Source: Mantamonas sphyraenae STR306 (Eukaryota; Protista; CRuMs). Taken from it: a DNA stretch of 64,000 nucleotides. The position numbers and the translations under genes are program-made. The notes beneath the pieces were generated by a model, which saw only the letters and a program-made list of their open reading frames with translations, was not told the origin of the DNA and made no database searches. This document shows, one piece after another, positions 18,034-29,146 of this stretch. Numbering within the stretch: the stretch's first letter is position 1; every line of letters begins with the position of its first letter. The stretch lies in assembly GCA_026936335.1 (NCBI GenBank), contig JAPMXV010000051.1:186001-250000 (forward strand), in the 5' to 3' direction.

Positions 18034-21000
18034 TCATTCCTTGCGTCCAAACTTGAACGACAGGCCGCGCTTGAACCGCGCGCTGGCACCACTCTCTTTG
18101 TCCCCGCCTCCACTGTGCTGCTGTTGCTCATGGCCATTGCCACTGGCGCCTGTGGACACAATGGACGCGCTCCCGCTCTCTCCGGCTGTTATTTGCATGG
18201 TTTCGATCATTGTGTCGATCAGTTGTTCCCGTTCGCTGTCGCTTGCATCCACCTTGAGCAGTTGCAGTCCTGGCACAATGTTCCCATGGATGGTCTCTGG
18301 GCTCAGCAAAAGTCCGTTGAACGCACTGTAGCATTCTAGCAGCAGATCCGCGATTTCCCCCTTGAGAATCTCGTTTTCCTGTTCCCTGTTTGCGTCCACC
18401 AGCTGCAGCAGCTTTGGCAGCAGATCTGAGTGTGTGTGTGACGGTGTGATGGTGTGATGGTGTGGCCAAGTGTGCAAGTGTGAGTATGAGCTGCTCTTTG
18501 ATATTCACCCTGTGTGTGTGTGTGTGTGTGTGTGTGGAGACAAACGCACATCGATCGCGAAAGGACTTGTCCACACGTCGCACCACACGCTTAAAGTTGC
18601 GCAACACTTCGCGCAGGTCTGCAGAGCTCCCCTCTGCAATAAAGGCGTCAAACTGGGCCTTTGTCTTGTCGAGCAGCGCCGTGTCGCTGTGCTGCACCGT
18701 CACCTCGGCAAAGGCAGAGATGGTGGCAAACTTGACTTCCTGGTCGGGGTCGTTGGCAAGGGTGACGAGCGCAGGGATGACACGTTTGCGCACCTTTTCC
18801 AGATCCAGGGCGCCGACGAGCATCTTGAACAGATCCACGACCGTCAGGCGCACAGGAGCCGCTTGGCTCACGACAAGCTCCCACAGCATTTCCAAAAGAG
18901 CGTCCTGGTGCACGGTGTGTTGGCACAGCGAGCGCACGGCGCTCGCTAGACCGTTGCGTTGCGACGTGCTCCATCCGTTCTCCTCCAGCGAGACGTTTTC
19001 CACAAGCGAGTGCACAAACGCAATCACACTCTGCTTGGAGAGCGTTTGCAGCACGCCAGAGACATACACAGGCAAGAGACGCGAGCGCAACTGGCCATGG
19101 CTTCCGTCCTGCGACGCTGCCTCCTCGCGTTGCAAGTCCTCAAACGACTTGCGAAACTGGGGATCGACGATGGTCTGCACCACCTCTGTGCCCAGCAACG
19201 AGCACACACTCCACACAATGTACGTGAAACCCGCGACCAGCTCTCTGTTTTCGCTGTCCAGGATGGCCACACAGGCAATCATGCGATTGATGAGGCGCAC
19301 CGTCATGAAATCCATCGCCGGCCACTCAGCTACGATTTCGTACATGTGAGCCACCACCCACTCGAAACGAGTGCGAAGCGCGTGCAGGTCAACCTCGCCG
19401 TCCTTTTCTTTGTCACACAGCGTCTTGAGCTGGTGCAGCACCTGCTCGTTGACGACGCCGTGGCTGTACACGGGTTGTTTGCCGTCGTCGTTGCTGCTGC
19501 TCACTCCACCATCCACCTCTGGCATGCTCTGCATGACACAGAGCATCAAACGAGGCAGCAGAGAGACAAAGAGGTCGATGAGCAGGAGCAGCTGGTCGTT
19601 GTCTGTGTCTGTGAGGGCGCGCACACGCACGGTCTGTCCGTCGCTGTGCTCCACCAGCCGCGACTCCATCTGTTCCAACAACATGCCCATCACCTGACTC
19701 TCAAAGTGATGTGTGGCCAGCGCCCACCGTGTGACGCTGGGCACCATGTGCTCGCGTGTGGTGTTGCTGACGTCTTCCGACGGGTCAAACAGCAGCCGCA
19801 TCATGAGTTCTGTGATGTGACCCAGCTTGTCCGGCTCCTCAAACTGCTCCACAAGCATAGACAGGTTGCGCACGGCCACCACACGCACCTCCTCCGCTCG
19901 GTCGTCCAGCAGCTGGTGAGGATGGAGAGGATGAGACTGGGACGCATTTCTGGTGCCACGTACTCTGCCAACAGACCACACGAGTCGGCCACAAGCATGC
20001 GTCTTTCTGCGTGTTTGTGGTCGATTTGCTCCCAACATTGGGTCAGGAGTTCGTTCATGGTGCGGTCCTCGCCCACCGCCGCCGCCATCTTGCGACACCC
20101 GTCCATGATCACCTTGCGACGTGCAGCATCCGGCACCTGCCACAAGTTGAACAGTTCCCGTGTGAGCTCCAGCCGCGTTGTCTCTTCGGGATGGGCCTGG
20201 ATCAACGAGAGCAGCACGGGCACCAGCGGTTCCCTGTTTTTCAACAGCACGTGCGGCACCACGTCCGGCAGATGGCGTGCAACAACCGCAATGACATTCT
20301 CCTCGTCCAGTCGTGTGACCAACAACGAGTCTCCGCCTGCCCCGCCCCCCAACGATGCCGTGCTGGCCCCTCCGGGCGACAGCGGGCCCGACGAGTCGAA
20401 ACTCATGCCCGCCTGCACACGCAGGCCCTCTGTGTCGCCGCCGGGTGAGGCGAGGCTGGCTGCAGCGGCGGCTTCTTCCACCGCCTGTGCCGTTTCTTGC
20501 TTCTGCTTGGCCTTGAGCTCCTCCATGGACTTTTTGTGTTCAGCTTTCAGCGAGTCCATCTTGCTCTGCAGCTTCTTGTTGGCCGTCATCAGCTCGGCCA
20601 CCTTGCGTGCACTCTCGCGTGCCGTCTCCTGCACGGTTTCAAGCTCGTGGTGCACCTCTTTGTCGTCCTCCTGCTTGCGTGCTTGTGCTTCGGACAGGGC
20701 GGCGCGGGCCTCGTCCAGTTGTGCCTCGAGTTCGCTCTGTTTGCCCTTCCACGTGCTGTCCTGGCGTGCCACGGCCGTGCGAAGCACAGCCAAAGCACTG
20801 GGCGTGTCAATTTGAAGCCCCACCTGCGACCAGTCGTCCAGGTCCTGGCCCAGCTTGTCGTCCACCTCATCGGAAAAGGTGATCGCCGTCAGCTCGAAAT
20901 CCTGGCTCGTCAGGAACTCGTTGATCAGAAAGTTGAGTGCCCGCACCTCGGTCTCGCTTGCACTGCGGCTGTCCTCTGTGCCCTCCAGCACATTCTGTGC

Positions 21001-21664
21001 GGTGTACGTGGCTCGTGTTTCGCCTGCACCCGGAACGAGTGTCGGTGTGAGTGAACCCTCCGGGTCTCGACACGCGCTCACCTGCACTACGGGTTGGGCA
21101 CCTGGGCTTCTTGGCACTCGTGGGCACGCAAGATACACAAACGGGCAAAAGGCCCCATCGAGGGGTGTTGGGACGTCGGTGAAGCGGCTGTGGAGGTGGA
21201 AAACGCGCGCTGGACGGAGCCGAGGCCCACAACTCACTGTGCTCCTTCTCCAAACTGGCGATGCGCTTGCGGGCCATCTGCAAATCTTCGGTGCTGATTT
21301 TGAGCTTGTGTTCGAGTTCGCGGATGCGTTCGTGCAGCTCCGGCGCGCTTGCGTCGTCGTCGCCGTCGACGGCAGCGAGGCTGGAATTGACCGCCGACGA
21401 AGAGGCCGCGTTTGCGCCTGCAGACGAGGAGGACAGCGATACAGAGGCCCAGGGCTTGGAGCGTGTGATGGACCATTGGTTGAACGCGCTCTGGGCATCC
21501 TGTATTTCGGCGTCGTTGCGTGCTGTCAGCTCCTCAAAGAAGGTCGCCAGGACGCTGCTCTCCAGGCCGTCGCCCAGGGCTTCCTGGAACAGCTCCAATG
21601 CACTCAGGGTGTACCCTGCGTCCAACAATGTGCGTGCGACGTCTTCCAGTCGCTTTGCGTCCAT
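18034..21664 (-). CDS. RELCH: RAB11-binding LisH/coiled-coil/HEAT protein (RELCH/KIAA1468), multi-exon
   Basis: ALNFLINEFL..FELTAITFSDEV..DLDDW, LPDVVPHVLLKNRE, ELLTQCWEQIDHKHAERRMLVADSCG, RVIPALVTLANDP. Confidence 0.9.
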
Positions 21665-21788
21665 TGCAGGGTTGGGTTGGGGGAGTCGGAGACCAAAAGT
21701 TGCGCACCACCACCGTTTTGCCTTTCATTGTGCCTTTCCCGGCAGCTGTTGGGTCCTTCTCCCTCGTTGTCATCAACATCTGCATCCA

Positions 21789-22862
21789 TCACCATGTCAT
21801 CTGGTCGAGCAGCACCTTTGCGGTCTCCGGGTGCCCGTTCACCGACGCCATGCGCAGCGGGGACCACATGTCGGTGTCTAGACTGTGCACATCTGCACCC
21901 ATGTGCAATAGCAAAGTCACCATGTCTGTGTGTCCGTTGGCTGCTGCAACATACAAAGGGGTGTACTTGCCGTCTTTTTCCCGTTCCACATCTGCTTCGT
22001 TGTCCAGCAGCAACCACACCGTCTCCACATGTCCCCTTGCAGCCGCGATGCACAGTGGTGTCCATCCATCCTCTGTCCACGCTTCCACGTCTGCGCCTCG
22101 CTCCAACAGCATCGACACCGCCTCCGCGTGTCCCTCCTGTGCTGCAATGCACAATGGAGTCCACCCGTCATTCTTCGCCTTGTCCACCTCTGCTCCGCTG
22201 TCCAACAACACCCTCACTGTCTCGATGCGATTCTTCTGTGCCGCAACAAACAGCGGCGTGACACCGTCCTCCATCTCCTTGTCCTTCTCTGCACCGCTGT
22301 CCAGAAGCATCGCCACCATGTCTGCGTGGTTGTAGTGTACTGCAATGAGCAACGGTGTGAACCCGCTATCGTTGGGCTTGTCCACGTCTGCGCCATGGTC
22401 CAGAAGAAGCTGTGCAGTTGTGGTGAGCCCGTTCTGTGCCGCTATGCACAGCGGTGTCCACCCACCCTTCCTGGGTCTGTCCACTTGTGCACCCCTGTCC
22501 AGCAGCATTGTCACTGTTTCCGTGTGGCCGTGCAGTGAAGCACAGGACAGCGGTGTCCACACGGCGTGTCGCAACGCCTCGATATCTGCACCCCTGTCCA
22601 GCAGCAGCGTCGCTGTTTCCGTATGTCCCTTGCGCACTGCCATGTAGAACGGTGTGGCTCCGTTGTCGTTGGGCTTGTCCACCTCTGCACCGTGGTCGAG
22701 CAAAAGCAGTGCGGCGGACACGTTCCCCTCCCACCCGGCGACGTGCAAGGCCGTCCATCCGTCTGCATGCTCGTTCACATCCGCCCCATCATTGAGCAAC
22801 TCTTCCATCGCAATCAAATCTTGTTTCTTGACAGACTTCATCAGTGCGGTGGCGTTTGTCAT
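21789..22862 (-). CDS. Ankyrin-repeat-only protein, divergent array member (~10 repeats)
   Basis: Consecutive 33-aa TPLxxAAxxGH repeats; ATG 22862 (MTNATAL). Confidence 0.9.
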   Translation of the reverse strand: MTNATALMKSVKKQDLIAMEELLNDGADVNEHADGWTALHVAGWEGNVSAALLLLDHGAEVDKPNDNGATPFYMAVRKGHTETATLLLDRGADIEALRHAVWTPLSCASLHGHTETVTMLLDRGAQVDRPRKGGWTPLCIAAQNGLTTTAQLLLDHGADVDKPNDSGFTPLLIAVHYNHADMVAMLLDSGAEKDKEMEDGVTPLFVAAQKNRIETVRVLLDSGAEVDKAKNDGWTPLCIAAQEGHAEAVSMLLERGADVEAWTEDGWTPLCIAAARGHVETVWLLLDNEADVEREKDGKYTPLYVAAANGHTDMVTLLLHMGADVHSLDTDMWSPLRMASVNGHPETAKVLLDQMTW

Positions 22863-22992
22863 TCTGCTGCAATGCAATGCAATCGTTGCATGAGCACGCG
22901 CATGATGTGCACAGAACCACAAAGGCGGTTGCATTCTCCCTGCCCCTTTGCACAGCACCCATCATTCCATTTCTTTCATTGCTGTGTTCTGT

Positions 22993-24915
22993 TCAAAGGT
23001 TCTTCTCAGTCTCGCGCTCACCAACTTCTGTGTCCCGTGTCACCATCCCACCAGCTCCAGCCCTGCCCAGCAGCATCGTCGCAATCTCTGCATGCCCATT
23101 CTGCACTGCAATGTTCAACGGGGTTGCTCCGTCCACCGTCGACTTGCCCACATCTGCTCCCCTGTCCAGCAGCATCGTCACCGTTTCTGCGTGCCCATTC
23201 TCTGCTGCAATGTGTAACGGTGTCCACCCGTCCTCGTCCGCCTTGTCCACCTCTGCTCCTCTGTCCAGCAGCATTGCCAAAATCTCTGTGTGCCCGTAAT
23301 GTGCTGCAATGTACAACGGTGTGGCTCCACTCGCCAACGTCATTTCCACATCTGCTCCTCTGCCCAACAGCATCGTCGCCATCTGCATGTGGCCGTTCTG
23401 CACTGCAATGTTCAATGGCGTCCACCCGTCCTCCTCCGCCTTGTCCAAGTCTGCTCCTCTGTCCAGCAGCATTGCCATAATCTCTGTGTGCCCGTTGCAT
23501 GCTGCAACAAGCAACGGTGTGGCACCACTCATCAACGCCTTGTCTACCTCTGCCCCGCTCTCCAGGAGCATCGAGGCCATCTCTGTGTCTCCTTTCTCTG
23601 CTGCAACGTACAACGGGGTGGCTCCGTTCTCGTTCGCCTTGTCCACCTCTGCTCCTTTGTCCACAAGCATTGCCGCCATCTCCGTGTGTCCGTTCTGTGC
23701 TGCAGTGTGCAACGGTGTCCACCCGTTCTCCTTCGCCCTGTCCACCACTGCACCTCTGTCCAGCAGCAATGTTCCCATATCTGTGTGTCCGATCCATGCA
23801 GCAACGTACAACGGGGTGGACCCGTCCTTCCGCGCCATGTCCACCTCTGCTCCTCTGTCCAACAGCAACGTCGCCGTATCTGTGTGTCCGTTCCATGCTG
23901 CAACGTACAACGGAGTGGCTCCGTCCTCTTTCGCCATGTCCACCTCTGCTCCTCTGTCCAACAGCAACGTCGCCGTATCTGTGTGTCCGTTCCATGCTGC
24001 AACGTACAACGGAGTGGCTCCGTCCTCCTTCGCCATGTCCACCTGTGCTCCTCTGTCCAACAGCATCGACACCGTTTCAGTGTACCCGTTCTCTGCTGCG
24101 ATAAACAAAGGGGTGGCACCGTCCTCCTTCGCAATGTCAACCTCTGCTCCTCTGTCCAACAGCATCGTCGCCGTTTCTGTGTGCCCGTTCTGTGCTGCAA
24201 CAAACAAGGGGGTGGCTCCGTCCTTCTTCGCCATGTCAACCTCTGCTCCTCTGTCCAACAGCAACATCGCCGTATCTGTGTGTCCGTTCCATGATGCAAC
24301 GTACAACGGAGTGGCTCCGTCCTCCTTCGCCATGTCCACCTGTGCTCCCCTGTCCAGCAGCATCGACACCGTTTCAGTGTACCCGTTCTCTGCTGCAATA
24401 AACAACGGTGTGGCACCGTCCTCCTCCGCCTTGTCCACGTCTGCTCCTCTGTCCAGCAGCATTGAAGCCATCTGTGTGTCTCCGTTTTGTGCTGCAATGA
24501 ATATGGGCGTTGTTCCATCCCCTTTCGCCTTGTCCACATCTGCTCCCCTGTCAAGCAGCAGCAACACCATCTCCGTGTGCCCGTTCTGTGCTGCAATGAA
24601 TAGCGGTGTGACTCCGTCCTTGTCCGTCTTGTCCACTTCTGCTCCTCTGTCCAGCAGCATTGCCGCCATCTCTGTGTGTCCGTTCTGTGCTGCAACGTAC
24701 AACGGTGTCACTTCCCTCTCTCCCGCCTTGTCCACGTCTGCTCCCCTGTCCAGCAGCAGCCTCCCAGCAGCGGTGTCTCCCTCCCACCCCGCCACCAGCA
24801 ACGGGGTCCACCCAGCCTCGTCCTCTTCGTTCACGTCTGCACCTCCATCAATCAATTGCTCCATTGCACTGGTATCTCCTTGTTCAACTGCCTGAATCAG
24901 CTCTGTGTTGCTCAT
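22993..24915 (-). CDS. Ankyrin-repeat-only protein (N-cap + 18 repeats, 640 aa)
   Basis: 33-aa consensus repeats; starts MSNTELIQAV. Confidence 0.93.
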   Translation of the reverse strand: MSNTELIQAVEQGDTSAMEQLIDGGADVNEEDEAGWTPLLVAGWEGDTAAGRLLLDRGADVDKAGEREVTPLYVAAQNGHTEMAAMLLDRGAEVDKTDKDGVTPLFIAAQNGHTEMVLLLLDRGADVDKAKGDGTTPIFIAAQNGDTQMASMLLDRGADVDKAEEDGATPLFIAAENGYTETVSMLLDRGAQVDMAKEDGATPLYVASWNGHTDTAMLLLDRGAEVDMAKKDGATPLFVAAQNGHTETATMLLDRGAEVDIAKEDGATPLFIAAENGYTETVSMLLDRGAQVDMAKEDGATPLYVAAWNGHTDTATLLLDRGAEVDMAKEDGATPLYVAAWNGHTDTATLLLDRGAEVDMARKDGSTPLYVAAWIGHTDMGTLLLDRGAVVDRAKENGWTPLHTAAQNGHTEMAAMLVDKGAEVDKANENGATPLYVAAEKGDTEMASMLLESGAEVDKALMSGATPLLVAACNGHTEIMAMLLDRGADLDKAEEDGWTPLNIAVQNGHMQMATMLLGRGADVEMTLASGATPLYIAAHYGHTEILAMLLDRGAEVDKADEDGWTPLHIAAENGHAETVTMLLDRGADVGKSTVDGATPLNIAVQNGHAEIATMLLGRAGAGGMVTRDTEVGERETEKNL

Positions 24916-25174
24916 TCACTCTCTGCCACCACACCAATCCAACACAACACGTCAGCAACAGCCTTCTCTCCCCTTTCTTCCCCCTCTACCTCCCCAACGA
25001 CCACCTCCAACCTCCCCTCACCCACCCCCTTTCACCAACCCACTGTCCTCCCTCTCACCTTTCACAATCACAAATCAAATTGCCCGCGCCCGCGTTTCCA
25101 TTTTCACTCCTTTTTCCCCCCTTCCCCTTTGCACACATCATTCCATTTCTTTCATTGCTGTGTTCTGTTCTAAT

Positions 25175-26500
25175 TCAAAGGTTCTTCTCTTTCTCTCGCT
25201 CCCCAACTTCTGTGTCCCGTGTCACCATCCCAGCTCCAGCCTTGCCCAGCAGCATCGTCGCAATCTCTGCATGCCCATTCTGCACTGCAATGTTCAACGG
25301 GGTTGCTCCATCCACCGTTGACTTGCCCATATCTGCTCCCCTGTCCAGCAGCATCATCACCAGCTCTGCGTGCCCATTCTCTGCTGCAATGTGTAACGGT
25401 GTCCACCCGTCCTCGTCCGCCTTGTCCACCTCTGCTCCTCTGTCCAGCAGCATTGCTATCATCTCTGTGTGCCCGTTGCATGCTGCAACAAGCATCGGTG
25501 TGGCTCCACTCATCAACGCCTTGTCCACATCTGCTCCTCTGTCCAGAAGCATCATCACCGTCTCTGTGTGTCCGTTCCATGCTGCAACGTACAACGGAGT
25601 GGCTCCGTCCTCTATCGCCATGTTCACCTGTGCTCCTCTGTCCAACAGCAACATCGCCGTTTCTGTGTGTCCGTTCCATGATGCAACGTACAACGGAGTG
25701 GCTCCGTCCTCCTTCGCCATGTTCACCTGTGCTCCTCTGTCCAGCAGCATCGACACCGTTTCAGCGTACCCGTTCTCTGCTGCGATAAACAACGGTGTGG
25801 CACCGTCCTCCTTCGTCTTGTCCACCTCTGCTCCTCTGTTCAGCAGCATCGTCGCCGTTTCCTTGTGCCCGTTCTGTGCTGCAATGAACAACGGGGTGGC
25901 TCCACTCATCAACGCCTTGTCCACATCTGCTCCTCTGTCCAGAAGCATCATCGCTGTCTCTGTGTGTCCGTTCTGTGCTGCAATGTACAACGGCGTGACT
26001 CCGTCCTCCTCCGCCTTGTCCACGTCTGCTCCTCTGTCCAGCAGCATTGAAGCCATCTGTGTGTCTCCGTTTTGTGCTGCAATGAATATGGGCGTTGTTC
26101 CATCCCCTTTCGCCTTGTCCACATCTGCTCCCCTGTCAAGCAGCAGCAACACTATCTCCGTGTGCCCGTTCTGTGCTGCAATGAATAGCGGTGTGACTTC
26201 GTCCTTGTCCGTCTTGTCCACTTCTGCTCCTCTGTCCAGCAGCATTGCCGCCATCTCTGTGTGTCCGTTCTGTGCTGCAACGTACAACGGTGTCACTCCC
26301 ATCTCTTCCGCCTTGTCCACATCTGCTCCCCTGTCCAGCAGCAGCCTCGCAGCAGCTGCGTTTCCCTCCCACGCCGCCACCAGCAACGGTGTCCACCCAG
26401 CCTCGTCCTCTTCGTTCACGTCTGCACCCCCATCAATCAATTGCTCCATTGCATTGGTGTCTCCTTGTTCAACTGCCTGAATCAGCTCTGTGTCGCTCAT
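25175..26500 (-). CDS. Ankyrin-repeat-only protein (N-cap + 12 repeats, 441 aa)
   Basis: 33-aa repeats; paralog of its neighbours. Confidence 0.93.
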   Translation of the reverse strand: MSDTELIQAVEQGDTNAMEQLIDGGADVNEEDEAGWTPLLVAAWEGNAAAARLLLDRGADVDKAEEMGVTPLYVAAQNGHTEMAAMLLDRGAEVDKTDKDEVTPLFIAAQNGHTEIVLLLLDRGADVDKAKGDGTTPIFIAAQNGDTQMASMLLDRGADVDKAEEDGVTPLYIAAQNGHTETAMMLLDRGADVDKALMSGATPLFIAAQNGHKETATMLLNRGAEVDKTKEDGATPLFIAAENGYAETVSMLLDRGAQVNMAKEDGATPLYVASWNGHTETAMLLLDRGAQVNMAIEDGATPLYVAAWNGHTETVMMLLDRGADVDKALMSGATPMLVAACNGHTEMIAMLLDRGAEVDKADEDGWTPLHIAAENGHAELVMMLLDRGADMGKSTVDGATPLNIAVQNGHAEIATMLLGKAGAGMVTRDTEVGEREKEKNL

Positions 26501-26748
26501 TCACTCTCTGCCACCACATCAACCCAACACACACGTCAGCATCAGCCATTTCCCCCCTTTCTTCCCCCTCTACCTCCCCAACGACCACCTCCAACCTCCC
26601 CTCACCCACCCCCGTTCACCAACCCACTGTCCTCCCTCTCACCTTTCACAATCACAAATCAAATTGCCTGCGCCTGCGTCCATTTCACTCCTTTTTCCCT
26701 CGCTCCTCCACACTCGCTCCTCGCTCCTCCACCCCGGCTCCTTGTGCA

Positions 26749-28872
26749 TCATCGCACCGCACCGTGCGGAGAGTGCTCCCCAACTTCCGTGTCCCGTGTC
26801 ACCATCCCACCAGCTCCAGCCCTGCCCAGCAGCATCGTCGCAATCTCTGCATGCCCATTCTGCACTGCAATGTTCAACGGGGTTGCTCCATCCACCGTTG
26901 ACTTGCCCATATCGGCTCCCCTGTCCAGCAGCATCATCACCAGCTCTGCTTGCCCATTCTCTGCTGCAATGTGTAACGGCGTCCACCCGTCCTCGTCCGC
27001 CTTGTCCACATCTGCTCCCCTGTCCACCAACATCGTCGCCGTTTCTATGTGGCCGTTCGCTGCTGCAGTGTTCAATGGCGTCCACCCGTCCGCGGTTGCC
27101 TTGTCCACCTCTGCTCCTCTGTCCAGCAAGCTTGCGATCATCTCTGTGTGCCCGTAATGTGCTGCAATGTACAACGGTGTGGCTCCACTCGCCAACGTCA
27201 TTTCCACATCTGCTCCCCTATCCAGTAGTGTTGCAACCATCTCTGTGTGTCCGTTCTCTGCTGCAACATACAACGGTGTGGCTCCATCCGCCATCGCCTG
27301 GTCCACGTCTGCTCCTCTGTCCAGCAGCATCGAGGCCATCTCTGAGTGGCCGTTCGCTGCTGCAATGTACAACGGTGTGGCACCGTTCTCCGCCATCGTG
27401 TCCACCTCTGCTCCTCTGCCCAACAGCATCGTCGCCATCTGCATGTGGCCGTTCTGCACTGCAATGTTCAATGGCGTCCACCCGTCCTCCGTTGCCTTGT
27501 CCAAGTCTGCTCCTCTGTCCAGCAGCATCGAGGCCATCTCTGTGTCTCCGTTCTCTGCTGCAATGTACAATGGTGTGCATCCGTTCTCCTCCATCTTGTC
27601 CACATCTGCCCCCCTGCCCACAAGCATCGTCACCATCTCTGCGCACCCGTTCTGTGCTGCAACGTGCAACGGCGTCCTCCCATCCGTCGTCGCCTTGTCC
27701 ACCTCTGCTCCTCTGTCTAGCAGCATCGTCACCGTTTCTATGTGCCCATCCTCTGCTGCAACGTGTACCGGCGTCCATCCACTCTCCGTTGCCTTGTCCA
27801 CCTGTGCTCCTCTGTCCAGCAGCATCGTCACCGTTTCTGTGTGCCCGTTCTCTGCTGCAATGTACAATGGTGTGCATCCGTTCTCCTCCATCTTGTCCAC
27901 ATCTGCTCCCCGGTCAAGCAGCATCGAGACCATCTCTGTGCACCCGTTCTGTGCTGCAACGTGCAACGGCGTCCTCCCATCCGTCGTCGCCTTGTCCACC
28001 TGTGCTCCTCTGTCTAGCAGCATCGTCACCGTTTCTGTGTGCCCATCCTCTGCTGCAACGTGCACCGGCGTCCATCCGCTCTCCGTTGCCTTGTCCACCT
28101 GTGCTCCTCTGCCCAGCAGCATCGTCACCATCTCTGTGTGCCCGTTCTCTGCTGCAATGTTCAATGGTGTCCACCCATTCTCCGTTGCCTTGTCCACCTC
28201 TGCTCCCCTGTTCAGCAGCAATGTTCCCGTCTCTATGTGTCCCATCCAAGCAGCAACGTACAGCGGGGTGACGCCATCCGTCGTCGCCTTGTCCACCTGT
28301 GCTCCCCTTTCCAGCAGTATCGTCACCGTTTCTGTGTCTCCGAGCTTTGCTGCGATGTACAGCGGTGTGGCTCCGTTCTCGTTCGCCTTGTTCACCTCTG
28401 CCCCTCTGTCCAGCAGCATTTTCGCCGTCTCTGTGTGCCCGTTGTGTGCTGCAATGTACAACGGTGTGATTCCATCCTCATTCGCCTTGTCCACCTGTGC
28501 TCCTCTATCCAGCAGCATCGTCGCCGTTTCTGTGTGCCCGTTGTGTGCTGCAACGAACAGCGGGGTTGCTTCGTCATCCTTCGCCTTGTCCACCTCTGCT
28601 CCTCTATCCAGAAGCATCAGGGCCATCTCTGTGTGTCCGTTCTGTGCTGCAACGTACAACGGTGTCACTTCCCTCTCTTCCGCCTTGTCCACGTCTGCTC
28701 CCCTGTCCAGCAGCAGCCTCGCAGCAGCTGCGTTTCCCTCCCACCCCGCCACCAGCAACGGGGTCAACCCAGCCTCGTCCTCTTCGTTCACGTCTGCACC
28801 TCCATCAATCAATTGCTCCATTGCACTGGTATCTCCTTGTTCAACTGCCTGAATCAGCTCTGTGTTGCTCAT
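26749..28872 (-). CDS. Ankyrin-repeat-only protein (N-cap + 20 repeats, 707 aa)
   Basis: 33-aa repeats; paralog of its neighbours. Confidence 0.93.
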   Translation of the reverse strand: MSNTELIQAVEQGDTSAMEQLIDGGADVNEEDEAGLTPLLVAGWEGNAAAARLLLDRGADVDKAEEREVTPLYVAAQNGHTEMALMLLDRGAEVDKAKDDEATPLFVAAHNGHTETATMLLDRGAQVDKANEDGITPLYIAAHNGHTETAKMLLDRGAEVNKANENGATPLYIAAKLGDTETVTILLERGAQVDKATTDGVTPLYVAAWMGHIETGTLLLNRGAEVDKATENGWTPLNIAAENGHTEMVTMLLGRGAQVDKATESGWTPVHVAAEDGHTETVTMLLDRGAQVDKATTDGRTPLHVAAQNGCTEMVSMLLDRGADVDKMEENGCTPLYIAAENGHTETVTMLLDRGAQVDKATESGWTPVHVAAEDGHIETVTMLLDRGAEVDKATTDGRTPLHVAAQNGCAEMVTMLVGRGADVDKMEENGCTPLYIAAENGDTEMASMLLDRGADLDKATEDGWTPLNIAVQNGHMQMATMLLGRGAEVDTMAENGATPLYIAAANGHSEMASMLLDRGADVDQAMADGATPLYVAAENGHTEMVATLLDRGADVEMTLASGATPLYIAAHYGHTEMIASLLDRGAEVDKATADGWTPLNTAAANGHIETATMLVDRGADVDKADEDGWTPLHIAAENGQAELVMMLLDRGADMGKSTVDGATPLNIAVQNGHAEIATMLLGRAGAGGMVTRDTEVGEHSPHGAVR

Positions 28873-29146
28873 TCACTCTCTGCCACCACATCAACCCAAC
28901 ACACACGTCAGCATCAGCCTTTCCCCTTTTCTCCCCCCCCTACCACCCCAACGACCACCTCCAACCTCCCCTCACCCAACCCCGTTCACCAACCCACTGT
29001 CCTCCCTCTCACCTTTCACAATCACAAATCAAATTGCCTGCGCCTGCGTCCATTTCACTCCTTTTTCCCTCCTTCCTCCACACTCGCTCCTCGCTCCTCC
29101 ACCCCGGCTCCTCGTGCATCATCGCACCGCACCGTGCGGAGAGTGC